Source: Euprymna scolopes
Lineage: Eukaryota
Assembly (NCBI GenBank): GCA_053919585.1
Contig: CM132795.1
Length of the DNA stretch: 64,000 nucleotides
Reading direction: 5' to 3' (one strand)
Numbering within the stretch: position 1 is the stretch's first letter; each line of letters starts with the position of its first letter. The position numbers were made by a program, and so were the translations under genes. A model generated the notes under the pieces. The model ran no database searches and had not been told where the DNA came from. It saw nothing but the letters and a program-made list of their open reading frames with translations. Shown in pieces: positions 26,101 to 41,100 of this stretch.

Positions 26101-29100
26101 AATAGTGAAACATAATACGCTTGTAATTCTATAAAATATTTGACTTTTTGGGAGAATGCGCAAATACGCCCATGACACAAGTGATTTCTTCTGCTGCCTG
26201 TCCAATTTGTTTGACTGGAGTACTTATAGTAGAAACTTTAGAAAACTTTATTGATCTGGTGGCTTGTTTAACTGATTATTCACTTTTCAACTGACCGTTA
26301 CCTCAGTCCTGCCTGTCTTCAATTCTTTGCAGTACACATTTCATCGATAGTCTTCAAGGTTTTCACAGCTGCCTGATGTAACACCACTTGACCTATTCTT
26401 ACTTTGTTAGCAAAGAGAGATAACACATAAGCTTAGATAAAAGAATGGAAAATCTTTAAAACCAATTGTTAAAAAAAAAAAAATTAAGTTATCTCCCTTA
26501 CTCTGCCAGCATAAAATAAGAAAAGAGTTGACATTGGGGTATTTCATAAACATATTTTTGTTTAACATAATGAATTTGTAATGTTAACATGGTGAGATTC
26601 ATAATCCTATGGTGCAATCATGAAAATAAAAAACACATCCTCTGGGTTTGAAGTGTTTATGATTTGTTGTATTCATTCCATAATATTGGCTTATTTCTTT
26701 TTATGAAACATTTTCTATGATGGTTTGCGTCCTTAATGTATTTGTTGAAAACAGGTTGAATATGGATGCATCTTGTTATGGACAAGAAAAGTTTCTAGAA
26801 AATATGTAACGATTTTTTTCTGCATCTTGTAGGAGTTGTGTACTGACATTGATTTACTTTCCAACAATTTGGCAATGATTTTATCTTATGAACAAATGTT
26901 TTATCAATTGTAGTATGACCATTCTGTCTCAGCTGCCACAACGGCTGTGTGTTTGACGACGACAACTGCAACACCATCCTTGACCAGTTCCACAACATCG
27001 GGTTCTGTAATGGCAGTGACTACAACCTCACCCTCCACGAAGGCAGCTCCCCAATTGACAAACAGTAAGTATTTAGTTTTACAGTTAAATAGAAAATGTT
27101 CAGTTAGCTTTATTTTTAGTTATTTTTAAAAACAAAATTTCTTTTAGATGAGGATTGAATTTTAATATTATATCTACTATTCTCCTCTTGGTTTCAATGT
27201 TTAAGCTGATGTAATGGGTACAATTTGAAATTCTGTATAGGTTCCAGAGTTTAAAAAAGGTACACATTAAGCTGATTTTAGGTTACATTGGCTGAATTGT
27301 TGCAAATACAGTAGAACCCCAGGATACGGTGGCCCTAGGATAGTTTTTTTTTGTTTTTGTTTTCCTGGTTACGATGTGTAATACAATGTTTTTCTGGCTC
27401 CTGGTTATGGTATTTGCTCCGCCTTACAGTGTTATTTATATTATTTGATTATATACATGTGTATTATATACTGTACTGTATTTTGTTACTAATTTTTAAT
27501 GCCGTATCCTTGGAGGGGGGGGGGTTACTGTATAATAATCAAGATGAGAATATTAGTCTCAATAATCCAATTATCAATATTAGTTTAAAACAAAAAAGGT
27601 TACAAAAGGACAAATTGGTATATACCTGAAATAATGCCATGATATAAACCAATTGAAAAAGAAAATCAAATTAATAAGAAAAAACAAGCTTGCATTTTTA
27701 TGCAGATATCATTATTAATTACGGGACGTTCCAGCCCTGACACCCCCCTGCCCATCAGATTTTTTTTCTCATGATCACTTCATAAAATTTAGGTAAAAGC
27801 TAAGAGATCTGCATCTCCAGCCATATTTGAGTAAAGAAACCCATTTTTTTTTTTTTTTTTTTTTTTTTTTCTTTAGAGGATTGATTTCGATCCAGAAATA
27901 AATTTGCACTGCAACACCCTATTTTGGAATCCAGACATTTTAGAAAATTCGCAATTTTGGAGCTAAAAATAATCCTCTTGGGCCTCAATTTCACCCAAGT
28001 ATGTTTTCAAGAGTTAGGAATCCAAAAATCATAAAAAGGCACCAAATGAATGAATTTGTGTGCCACTGCGGCACTTTTTAAAAGGTTGTTTGGCCCTCCA
28101 AAGCAGAGAAACAAAAAGGACAAATATGATGCTTTTCCTGAAACAACTTTTGGATTTTTTAAAATAAAATATGAAACTTTCATAAAATTAAAAAATATCT
28201 CTTGGCATTACCACTATTCTCACGTATTTAAACCCTAAAATTTGTTATTTTTCCAAAAATTTCTGTTTAAGAAAATTGCGATATTTGTGACAGATTAGTG
28301 TTATCTCCTTGATTAATTTTACAGAAAACAGTTTAGAATGTGAAGTGGGAGCTTGCAGACCAGCAAATCTACTCTTAAATCAGGGTTTTTTCACTCTGGA
28401 TCAGCTGCAAAATTTGTCTAACTTTTAAAATAGCTTTTAAAAGACTAAACAAATTTAAAACAATTTCTCTTGGTCTAATTAGCTCAAAAACATTGCTTTA
28501 TCCCTTCCTCAAATGGCTGTCCAAAAAATTTGTCCTTCCCTCTTACCTTCAGAACCCAAGTGGGAAGTCTTGTATTTACAGAAATTTTGGCTTTGTCATC
28601 TTAAATGCCAGGAGAATTCTAACAGTTCAACAGATTATGTATGCATCACTGGAATATGCAAACCAATATGTGCAAAAATCATCAGAAGTAACTAGTCTAA
28701 GTACTTTTAGCATCTATCAAAGTAGTTCTGGGTTTTCTTTTCCTCATCTGTGATGAAATATGTTCTTCCGTTTGATGACATATTTGGTGTCGTGATTTTC
28801 ATGATTAGCTTGTTCAATAGAATCTACCTCTTATCTGTTCAAGGTAAGTGAAATAGAGCTGATGGCCCATATGGATGCAGGAATCTGCGAGTGTGGTCTC
28901 ATTTATCCTTATTTATAACCTCAATGAATGCCAGCCAACAAAACCTGTCAAAGATGCAAGTGATGTAGTTGTTGTAGTTGAGATTCTAGTATCTTATTCT
29001 GTGCTGCTGGCATGGCAAGAAGGAATAGTCAACAAAGATTGTTGTCAATACTCAATTTCCCTGAATTGTGTATTGGGATATTGAAACTAAGTGGTGACAA

Positions 29101-32100
29101 CTTCTAATGCCAGGGATGGTATCACAGAGCTGGTACTGGAGATACAAGATTTTTCTTACGGATACCATGTGGTTCTTTGTCAATAGTCAGGAAAGTAATT
29201 CCTACGATCAATGTTTTTGCACTATTCCTCATCTGCTCAGAACATTAAATTTTGATTGGTGATAGGCCATTGCAAACTGGCTCACAGTACTTACGCTTGT
29301 CAGTACTTCCAATGACGTCACAAGGGGATTGCCATGAGTAGTTGTAAAGAATGTCCAAGTCGTATCTATGCCAAAATCAGATTTGTGATGGCAAAGATTA
29401 AGAAATGCTTTGTATTTTTTATATTGACCAGCACAGCCATCACTAAAGTATTCAATTCTTTTAATCTGTAGCAATTTTCCTGGATCCATGCCATGACAAT
29501 TATCTGCAGTTCATGAACGAAAGGTGTCATGGTCAAGATCATCAGATATGATGCACAAAGAAATGTGTTGAAGTTTTCCATCTTGTTGAAAATATATCAC
29601 CACAGGATGCATTCTAGTGATATCCCTGGATTTCATCTTACACCACGTCTAGATTTTCTGCAAAGTCTAGAAGAATGATGCACTCTTCCTCGATGATCTC
29701 ATCTTTTCTTTGAAAATTCTTGAAGAATTGAGCCCTACTCCTTGTTGCAGAAGAGTGGGTTGTAAGGTTATCTATGCTATACACCAGCAACTCAATGAAA
29801 TCTTCAACATCAACTGTGTGTCTGTAGGGTTGCCATGTCTACACTCTACCACTGGCTGTAAGACATCTCCTTGTTGATTTTGAGTTCAATGAATTTGTCA
29901 CAAATGTACTTTTCCAGAGTAGTATATCCAGGACAGTTTTGACAATGATGCATCATACATTCAAGATTTGTGATACATAAAAAATTGGTACCGACCAAGA
30001 TTTGAGGACAGTCCATAAAAAAAGCCCTTCTGCAAACTATGAATTAGCATTTCAAGGTAAAAAATAAATGGACACACTTGTCTGAAAACATTGATATAAT
30101 GGTATAAGGCACTCCTACAACACTTTGTTGAAATATTGTCAAGTATAAAATTTGCCAGGCAGAAAGTTTTTTCCAGATGATTTCTTAACANNNNNNNNNN
30201 NNNNNNNNNNNNNNNNNNNNNNNNNNNNNNNNNNNNNNNNNNNNNNNNNNNNNNNNNNNNNNNNNNNNNNNNNNNNNNNNNNNNNNNNNNNNNNNNNNNN
30301 NNNNNNNNNNNNNNNNNNNNNNNNNNNNNNNNNGTTTTTATCGAATAAATCTTTATTTTCTTTGTAGAAATGATTTCTTGCTATTACAAAATTAGTGCAT
30401 TCAGTTAGTGTTTTAGTGTGATTGGCCTTTATAAAAAAATTTAAAAAGAACCCTTTATACAACAGCTCCCTGAACCCATAGCATAAAATAACCCAATGAG
30501 TTTGCATGCCATAAAACCCAAGAAAACAAACAAAAATAGGGTAAACAAGGCTATTTTAGGTGAAAAAGTTTTCAACCCCTAATTTAAAACAGTTTTCAGT
30601 TTTTTTATGTTTCTTGGGTACAATTTGGGCTGATTGCCATCAGTACCTTATGTTCTAAAAAGCAATGAACCCAAGTCAAAACTTAGTTATTAGTATTTTA
30701 TACTTAATACAACGGTATATGGCAAGTGACAAAATGTTCTAGATTTCTGCAATTTTTTTCAATATAACTTTGTGTGATAAACTCTTTGCTGCCAGCAATA
30801 CTTATGGATCCTCATTTGATGAATAATTATCTCATTAAGCTACAAGAAATTATCAAATTTAAAAGTCAATACTTGCCAAGAATTTTTAACACTTGTGACT
30901 TTTTCTGGATTTTCTGGAAAATTATTAACAATGTAAAAAAAAACTTTGTTTTCTGAAATCCTTAATTTGGAATGTTCCTTACACTAGTTAAAATTATGAA
31001 TCTTTTTCAGAACATAGGATTGTCACAACTATCAAGTAGATTCTGTATGTAAAAATGGTTCCAACTGAAGAGATGGCTATGAATGAATGCTGAGATACAC
31101 TTGAAAAATCAAAACATAATCTCATGTATTGGCCATCAAGTTAGTACAAAATGGTATCAATACTATCAAGTTAGTACAAAATGGTATCAATACTATCAAG
31201 TTAGTACAAAATGGTATCAATACTATCAAGTTAGTACAAAATGGTATCAATACTATCAAGTTAGTACAAAATGGTATCAATACTATCAAGTTAGTACAAA
31301 ATGGTATCAATACTATCAAGTTAGTACAAAATGGTATCAATACTATCAAGTTAGTACAAAATGGTATCAATACTATCAAGTTAGTACAAAATGGTATCAA
31401 TACTATCAAGTTAGTACAAAATGGTATCAATAGTATCCATTGACAAAGACAAGGTTACAGTGGTTATACATGGATGTTCCAACAAATTGGCAGCTTTAAT
31501 AGGATTCGGTGGTTAGTGTAAAGAGTTTGACCCTGAACCATTCTTTGAGCCACTTCATAGTAAATTTAAATACTCTACTTATGGGTAAGGTCCACATCAT
31601 ATGTCTGGAACACTTTGTGGAAAAAAAAAAAAAATAACATTCCCATTTGTTTTAAGCAGGTGGTGAATCTGTTCACAAAGATACTGATTCGACTATTGTG
31701 ATGTAGGAAAAGTTGGAGCTTTCACTGGGGGAACGCACCCGTATCTTGGTAGATAATCTGGTAATGTTAGTTTTCTGTATGGAAACAACCTACACAGAAT
31801 GAGATAACCATTGTCCCCAGTATTAGTCAATGGAATATTAGGGGGGGGGATTCACATCAAGAAAACTATCAATGAAATTTTGATACATGCTTTCGCCATA
31901 TAGGGATTATGTTCAGAGCATTACTGAACCATATGTAAACCATATCTATTCCGCTCACTATGTATGGAAAGGAAGCATAACAAATTATCTGAATGTGTTG
32001 ACAATTTTTCACTGAGATTTTCAGATCCTCTGAAACCTCAAAATCCAACCTTCACAGGACTATCTTCAATTTCTTCATCCATCATTCATATAATGTAAAG

Positions 32101-35100
32101 AAATGAATCCTCCGTTGTCTTTCACATTGAACAATGGCAAGTCTAGATCAAACAAGACGCTACTCTTAAATTCACTAGTTTGTTTATCATATATATCAAG
32201 CGCTTGTATGTAATAATTTAGAGGATATCTAATCCATATTACATCAGAGCAGTATTCAGGAGTAAATTAACTCCTAAGCTAAGCCTCCTGCAGAAAACCT
32301 GATCAAGAATTATGTTTTTCATGTAAATGTGGCAAATATACTAAGATGAGTTGTATTGTCCATTTAAAACAAGACTAGAAGATCAGAAAACCGTAATGCA
32401 TGGAGATATTGAAAAGTCTGATATGGCAGACCACATATGTAGGAGAAAGAGACCAGCTCTCCTTATGGGATAAAGTAAAAATTATAGACAGAATAATTGA
32501 GAGTAAAGATTAGGTTGATGACTTTTAAAGTTCATATTAGAACTGTCCACATGGACATATTGGCAAGGAAAGTCATTGGTTAACACTAAATTCCAAGTAA
32601 TCTTGAAAGGTTCCATCTTTACTACAGGCAACAATAAGCAAAAATAACAAAATTAACACTTCTAGTTGGTAATGGCAAAAAGGATGAGAACAATGTACCC
32701 TTGTGAATTAATGGATTTGGTTCAACATGCTCTATAGGTTCCTGAGGTTAATCTGCAAAAGTGTTAACAAATAGCTGCAATGACAATGTACATATTAATA
32801 AAATTTTGATCATTACTTGCGTGTCGCGTGTCTGTGCGCTTGCCTCTACAGTACTTACATTTTTATTTACTATTAATCACTTATTTATTGAAAGGAATTT
32901 TAATAGTTAAAAAAAATTACTTTGTGACTCTTTGAAATTATAAGAAATTTGAAAGCATTTAAACTGTCAGTTACAAAGTTATTTAAACTGACTTGAAAAT
33001 TAATAAATCCTCATTTATTAAAGTAGAAGTTTTGGAAATTATTTGCATCCAATTGTATAGATTAAAACCAATGTTACATTGAACTAAATTGTTATAAATT
33101 AACTAATTTTACTAATTAATAATTTCATGACCAAATGATGTTGTAATAATTAAACTTGAAATTTAAAAAATCTTGTAAAAAAAAAAAAATCAATAAAAAG
33201 GCAAACAAAAATGATCTCAATGCTTAGTAATTACAGTTGGTAGTTTGGATAAAATCCACGCAAAAATTAAATAAAATAGCTCTAACACAAATTTATCAAT
33301 TAGTTTAAACAACTTTTTAGAAGGTTTTTCTATTTATTTCAAAATGTTTGAACTTTTTCTGTTGGTTATTCAAATTTACGGCATGATACAAAATGTTAGT
33401 AACAAGTGAGTGTTCTCTTTATATGTGTTTGTGTTACATAAGATCAGAAAAATTTCTGTACTATCTGTATCAAATCTAAAACAAAAAGGACCAATCCCTA
33501 GTCGCCTATCTATGTTGAACTCTTTTATCTGTTTTAATATCTCTCATAAACAGAGGCTGAAGAGTCTAAAGTAGGCGACCAAAGAACAGTCCATTTTTCT
33601 TTTTGATTTGAAACCAGCGGTGCTGATGTTTTTCTGATCCTCTGTAATACATATAAATAAATATTATGCTCTTATTTTGATATTTTCTTTATAATTCTCA
33701 TACGAACCTTGTACAGGTGTGTATAAATAAATGTAGAACTTTTTTTAATTTGACTGAATTCAATATTTGACTGACCTAATTTTTACTGTTAATCACTTGA
33801 TATTCTTCATCTGGTTGGAGTATTCGCGAATATTTCTGGAAATCTATATACTTCTATAATTTTTTTTTTTTTTTTTTTGTGCTTTTATATATTAAAAACC
33901 CATTTTTCTATTTATTCAAAAAGAAAATACAACTTTGTTATATATAGTTGTGGAATTGCATTCATCTGCAACATATCTAGCTAATTTGCATATTCTTTTA
34001 AACGTTTATTTTAATTAATTACCTATTAGTTTTTTTTTTCGGTTTTCTTATGGGATGATCATCTTTAGTTAACTCTTACATGTAATTATATTCGTACAGA
34101 TATTCTAAATGATTTATACTTGCATAATAAGATTATAGTAAACATAAGCCTCTTTATATATTTATGTATGTGTATATATTTGTTTAAAAAATTTTGCCTA
34201 CTAAACACCTGTCAGTTTTTCGTCTCCAGACATGAAACTTAATTTGGGTTTTGGCCAGGGGGGAAATTGGTGCAAAATTTTAAAAAATTAAAAAATATGC
34301 AATTTGCCAAGTGAAGATCAAATGACAGCATTAAAAATATCAATGCATAACGTAATAACTGTTGGTCCATGTTTTAATTTTTAGCCTTGCAGCAAACGTG
34401 GGCATAGCTCAGGCATTAAAAAAAAAAAAAAGTAAATCGTAAGCTAAATGTTTTGGTTTCGATTCTCGATAGTGAGCACGAGTCATTTTATCTTTTTAAA
34501 TCATCGCGATATATTGGGTCAAATATAATAATAAATATGAAATCTGCATCAATCAAAATATATTTAAGCATATTTTATGACCGAGCAATGCTAGTGTTGA
34601 ATAAATTAAAATCTCATGAATAATGCATACACTATGTCATTTAGTAATACGACTTGTACTATTTACAAAATTAATACAAATTGTAAGCAACATAAACAGC
34701 ATATAATATTTTCATTGCTTTCACAATTGGTCAAATAAATATGCATAATCTCATTATGGATGGAGATTACAATGCAGTTTAGGAAAAAAAACTTATTATA
34801 GACAGCTGGCTACTGTTTAGTTATTCATTGTTATTTTTATGGTGATGTATAGTGATGCCATTCTAAAATAGTTGGATTTCTCAAAAAAATGGTAAGCGTT
34901 CTTTCATAAATCTTTTTTGTTGATAGCCTAACAACTGTCTAAAATACATTGCATATAATTTTTATTTCCTTAGCTGGGAAAGCACCTCCTAATTTACCGC
35001 CTGGTGTCCCACTTCTTGGTCATCATCAGTACATCATGGGACAAGGGACGTTACCTCCATATTTTGTAAGTAAATCTGCTTAGGCTTCATTTTTTATTTT

Positions 35101-38100
35101 GTAGAGAAGTATTCATTTTATGGGTTTTGTAGTTTTGTCTCTTGACAGATTTTGGTTTATTGAACACAAATTGGCATTGGTTGTTTGTCCTTTACTTTTG
35201 AGTACAGAACTGCTGTATTATGTATATACATACACTCACTTGGTTGGCGCTGCATTTATTGGTTAAAGCAGAGATCAGGAGCAGTCCATTTAGCATTTAT
35301 TTGCTGATTGTTGTTCCTCTCGTCGAATTTACCAGTTTTCTGCTAGCAGAATTATGAATCTGAAACAGAATCTGTTTTTATAACACATGCCAACACGTTA
35401 GACTGAATATTGATCTTTTCAATAATTTTTTATTTTTTTTATTTAAGGTGTAGTGTGTACCAAACGTGGGAATGAAATTTTAAATGAATGCTGGATCCTC
35501 TATGTATTTACTCTTTCTGCAATCTTTTAAGTGCAAGTTGGTTGGATTTATCTGAATAATTTAATCAATATTTTTCTATAATATTAAAAAAAAAAAAAAA
35601 TTCTCATAAATTTTATTTATTCAGTGAATGGCAAAATTTATTTTGTACAGTGTAAGGATAATTGTTTCCTTAATGCGCAGGAAAGAGTAATAAGTGACCA
35701 TATCCATGTTGTTTGGTGGGTGGGGGGGGGGTATATGCTTCGTATCCAACTTTGAAATGGTAGCAAGAAGTAATCATGCAGCTGACCACCAGACTTTTGA
35801 AAGCATAATTTTCATTTTCTACCATATAACAAATGTAAATGACTTTCATGGGTTGCTTTAGATTTCTGCATGGAAGAGTATATACAACATTCACATTATG
35901 ATCTGTTACTGTTTTTATTTTCTTTCCACTTACACGATTCTTCTTTCAATCTAGTCTCTTTCTCAGAGTCTCCAACAGCCGTTGTATACCAGTTATGAAG
36001 AGCTGCAAATGATTCAGCAGAGGATGCCATTGGTAAATATTAGCAAAATTAATTATTAGCAACACTGTTGCAATTACTCTTAACCTTCTAATGGGGGGGG
36101 GGATATTAACTTTTATGTAAAAAAAAAAATCTTAATGTTGACTGTGTGCAGGGTCACCTAATTAAACAGTGTGGAGGATTGATGCTTAAAAGGTACAAAA
36201 AAATCCAGTTTTCCAAACTCGGACATTCTCATGAGCCATTAGATTTGATTGCTTGCATATTCATGTTGAAATGGTTGAGAACTTCATTCAACTGAATCAT
36301 TGAATCCTATTTGGTCATCAAAAATTTTTACTAGTCCATTCCAGATTCAATCCTTTCCAGAATTTAAATATAATTCACCATTAAATATTTTCAAATGTAT
36401 GACATATGTTTTACATACCAATTCTCGTTAATTAACTGAAGTTAACTAATTTTCCCTCCAAGATATATGTGCAACTGGGAACACTTGTGACATTGATATT
36501 TCATGAAACTTCCTTCAGGGGAAGCCAGTTCAACTCCCCTTGGAGTGAGTGCTGTTGGCACATAAATGTTTTCATGCAGTAAGTGTTTCTGCATGGTTAT
36601 TATCTGAATAATGTTACACCATTTATCTTTTCATGTTCTAACTTTTATTTTCTTTCATTAGTGTGAGAAGAGGTTCTAGATTGTTTAATGATTTAATATG
36701 AATATTTTACGAATGCCTTATTAATCGATTTAAATTTTAAAAAATCCTGATTGAAAGTCCTGTATACTGTCATTTGTATTTTATTTGCAGGCAAGTAATT
36801 ACTATGACATGGCCACGTTTCCAGTGCCAACCACATTGACTAGCCGAGAGCAAGCTACTCTAGCCAGTGTTCCAGGTTATTCAGGTTAGTTGATATTTTA
36901 TAAGTATGCAATCCCATTCTACTTTGGCATATTACAGATTTCTTTTCTAACCAAACTTTAAAGAAAGGTACAGATTTAAATATTTTGAATCAAAGTAATA
37001 AGTTTAAATATAAAAAAAAATATTAAAGTTTACCTGTTTGATACATTATATGAAAGAAGCATGAAAATGTGACTGATTTTCACAGATCAGATTTCTGTAA
37101 ACAGAACACATGATTTTTAAGACCCGTGGTTTAGTGGTTAAATTACTTGGTAAAATTCAGCTTTTGTGGATATTAAATTTTCACATCAACAGTTCATTTT
37201 TGAAGTTCCACTCTTCTAGAGGTTGAAAGTATTGGGTGACACTTTAAATACCATTGCAAATTCCTGGTGCTACAAGATCAGAATGTCTGAAGATATTGGC
37301 GTCCTGGCTCAAATGTGCTGAACATTGTTTTTTATTTTCCCCTTTTCTCTTTGCAAAACTCTATTTTCTACAAAAACAATTCACACCACCTATTCCCCCT
37401 CTTGATTTTGCCTAGTTGGTAGGACACTAAAATATGCCAGCTCTCCCCCCCCCCCTCCTGCAGAGAGTAAAAATCCCTCAGTGGTGCCACCTGTTGGTTG
37501 TGTGTGGCAACCCATGATGGTTTGGGATGGGTTCCTGGTGATTGAGCAGATTATCACCTAAGCACAAAGAGGACATGGCTCTGCAACACGTCATTGGCCC
37601 TTACTTTGGCTAGACGGAAGGTCAGAGAGGGCCAATCTGATCAATTGGCTGGTTATGTCAAGCCCAATCATATACAACCAATCCCAAATCCAATAACTTA
37701 CCCTCTATCTACCCAGTAAATTTTTATCCCTGAATATCTGATGGCAAGCGATGGCTGAGGGTCAATCAATTGAGAAGATTAGAACTCAGCACATCTATCT
37801 TCATTCGTACATATGTATTTTTGAGCTACATCGTGAACAGGAAACAAAGTGCTTGACAACTACTCCCCAAAAGAGTATATCTTTCACGTAACCCTAGAAT
37901 AGGCAAGGCAAATGGGTTTGCCTCTTGCCATATCTCAATTTTAGACTCCAAGGTGGGTAGGAAGCATGGTGGATAAAAACAAATCAAAATTATACATTGC
38001 AGAAAAATACACTATAGCTCAACCCCCTCAAAAAAACTCTTAAAAGAAACCACTCAGATGATTTTCACTTAATTCAGAGAATGAAAAAAATTCCAATACA

Positions 38101-41100
38101 AGGAAAACGACATGAAACTTCCCAAGATTCCTAATTATTAAAAGAAAAAAAAAAATTCAGAATTATCACCTTTTTTAATAGAAAAGGTAATATCAACCAA
38201 ATACAATCCCAAAACAGTTTAAAAAAAAAACTAAATATAAGGTGGAAATTTGCTAATAGAAGTCACTAATTATAAAGATGCTCTAAACCTATTGAAAATG
38301 GAAAAATTCCAGTTCAAATGTAAAGTCTTTCCACACAAAAGACTAAACACTTCAAAAGGAGTAATCCGAAGTTATCTCTAGCAACAAAAGACGAAATGAA
38401 AACAGAATTAAACAAGCAAGATAACTACAAATACATATATATTGACCTTTAACACCCCTACAATACCGAAAGAAATAATAATTGGATACAAGTAGAGCAG
38501 TATATTTCAGTTCCACTAACAAATATGGACACCACAAAGAAGCATGCAAAGGGAAAAAAATGTGAAAAATGTGATAGATAACCAGATCACATTGAAGAAG
38601 AATGCAAAAACGAAATAATACGTGCAAACTGCAGAGACGACCACTTGTCCTTTTCTAAAATATGAAAAATATATAAAAAAAGAAAACTGAAATTAAAAAA
38701 AAAAAAATTCTCAAGTTAGGAAAATAGTAAATACATACTATAGATAAAACACATGCCAAATTAACAAAAAATAAATNNNNNNNNNNNNNNNNNNNNNNNN
38801 NNNNNNNNNNNNNNNNNNNNNNNNNNNNNNNNNNNNNNNNNNNNNNNNNNNNNNNNNNNNNNNNNNNNNNNNNNNNNNNNNNNNNNNNNNNNNNNNNNNN
38901 NNNNNNNNNNNNNNNNNNNNNNNNNNNNNNNNNNNNNNNNNNNNNNNNNNNNNNNNNNNNNNNNNNNNNNNNNNNNNNNNNNNNNNNNNNNNNNNNNNNN
39001 NNNNNNNNNNNNNNNNNNNNNNNNNNNNNNNNNNNNNNNNNNNNNNNNNNNNNNNNNNNNNNNNNNNNNNNNNNNNNNNNNNNNNNNNNNNNNNNNNNNN
39101 NNNNNNNNNNNNNNNNNNNNNNNNNNNNNNNNNNNNNNNNNNNNNNNNNNNNNNNNNNNNNNNNNNNNNNNNNNNNNNNNNNNNNNNNNNNNNNGAATAA
39201 GAACATACGAATAAGAACAAACTAATCACACTAAACCATAAAGAATGGCCAGATTTTCAAACTAGCTTTAAAAAAAAAAAAATGCACCCAAATCCAAACC
39301 AAAACAAAACATCTACAATGTAAATATTAGTAAGAATACCACAAAAACCAATAAGACAAACATCAGAAAGTAAATAAAAACACAACCAATGATAAAACCG
39401 TAAATAAAGAACACTCCAGCCAAGATGAAATTCAAGTAATTGACACACAAAATAGATTCCAAACTCTAGATAAGATGGAAACTGATAATGCTATGGATAA
39501 TACTAAATAAATAAAACAAATTAGAACTCAAAACAACATCCCAAGAAAAAGCTAGATCGACATCAAGATCCAGACAAAAAAAAAAAAAACCTTGGCAAGA
39601 CTTTTCACCAAAGATTGAAACACCACCAAAGCCTGTACCTCCAAAGAGATGGAGATGGATGTAAATAAAAAAAAAATAATAATAAAAAAAAATCTTGGCT
39701 AAAATTAAAAAAACACAAATCATCCAATGGAATTATCGTGGAATAAAATCAAACTATAATGAACTTATTATTTCACACTTCAACTAAGCCATTGTCTGCT
39801 TGCAAGAAATTTTCCTACAAAACAATAGTCATCTCAAAACGCCAAACTATGAACAATAGAGCTATATCCATAATACAGACCTTCATGCTAAAGGTAGCAC
39901 TTCAATTATCTTATGTAATGATATACCTCAAAGTAAGTTTCCTGTCAAAACAAGCAGTTGCATCTCTAGTAATATTACACAAAATAATCACAATCTGCTC
40001 AATATACGTACCTCCCTCACGAAAAAGAAAACAAACTAGAAAATTTAATCAAACAATTACCCTCACAGTTCATCCTCCTAGGAGACTTTAACTGTCACAG
40101 CACTGTAAATAATAAAAACAAAATAACAAACTCAAAAGGAAATGAAATTGAACAATCAACAAAAATGACTGATGTCTCCTCAACCAAAAGGATCTCACAT
40201 ACATAAACACAACAGACAAATGCAATTGACTTCACCATGTGCAACCCATCAAGAGGAAAGTGAATGTAGACTAAAAATGTTTGGGGTTTTTTTTTTATAA
40301 AATTTTTTGTAAAAAGGTTACCTAGGCATCTTGTTACTTGTTTTTTGTTTTTTTTGCCACAAAATTTAAATAAATTAAACTTGTATGTATTATTTGAAAG
40401 TTAAATTTGATAAATATAGTGTAGCATATGAAATTAAACTAAAGTGTAATAAAACTATAACAGCTTATGTTAAAGTAATTAATGTATTCAGAATTTTTAT
40501 TATGAAGTGACTTATTGAAGTAAAATATAAGAAAAAGACATCATTGAAAACAATACAATAAAATTAACAAAATTATAATACAGATAAAAATAACAATTAG
40601 TCTTTATTAGCACTTTTAAGAACAAAATTAGGAAATACGTTAGCTGGCTATAATTAATGTAATTGTAATTTTTGAATGTGGAAGTATTGAATATTAATTT
40701 TCACATTAACAGTTTAAAGACATTTTTGAATTTCACTGTCGCAAATTATTGAAAATAAAATTTGATTTAGAAAGTTTGTCTTATTTTACACAAGTGCATT
40801 TTGTTTGTGAATGATAAATTGATATCAAAAAGATATCGATGAAATCGATCTAAGAAAAAAAAAATCTGTCAAAAACGGATTTCATGTTCAGAATTCATTA
40901 AGTAGGCTTGCATGAAAAATGTTTCATATAGACAAAAGAATGTTAGCATTTTTAAAGTTTTTTGTTTTACTCTTTTTTTTTTTTTTTTCTTTTTTTTTTC
41001 ATAGGCATCCCCCACTTATCGAGGCCAAGAGGCCACTCGAGGATAAGAGTTAAAGAGTGTGCAGTAGAAATTGGATGATATAGTAACCGTTAGTAATGGA

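Noticed and set aside
30139-30507. ORFs spanning N runs (also 38655-39229)
   Set aside because: Artefacts of assembly gaps.
31083-31443. CRISPR-like array or repeat-protein ORFs
   Set aside because: Units are head-to-tail with no spacers, there are no cas genes, and the context is a eukaryotic intron. The ORFs arise because a stop-free 30-mer is repeated.
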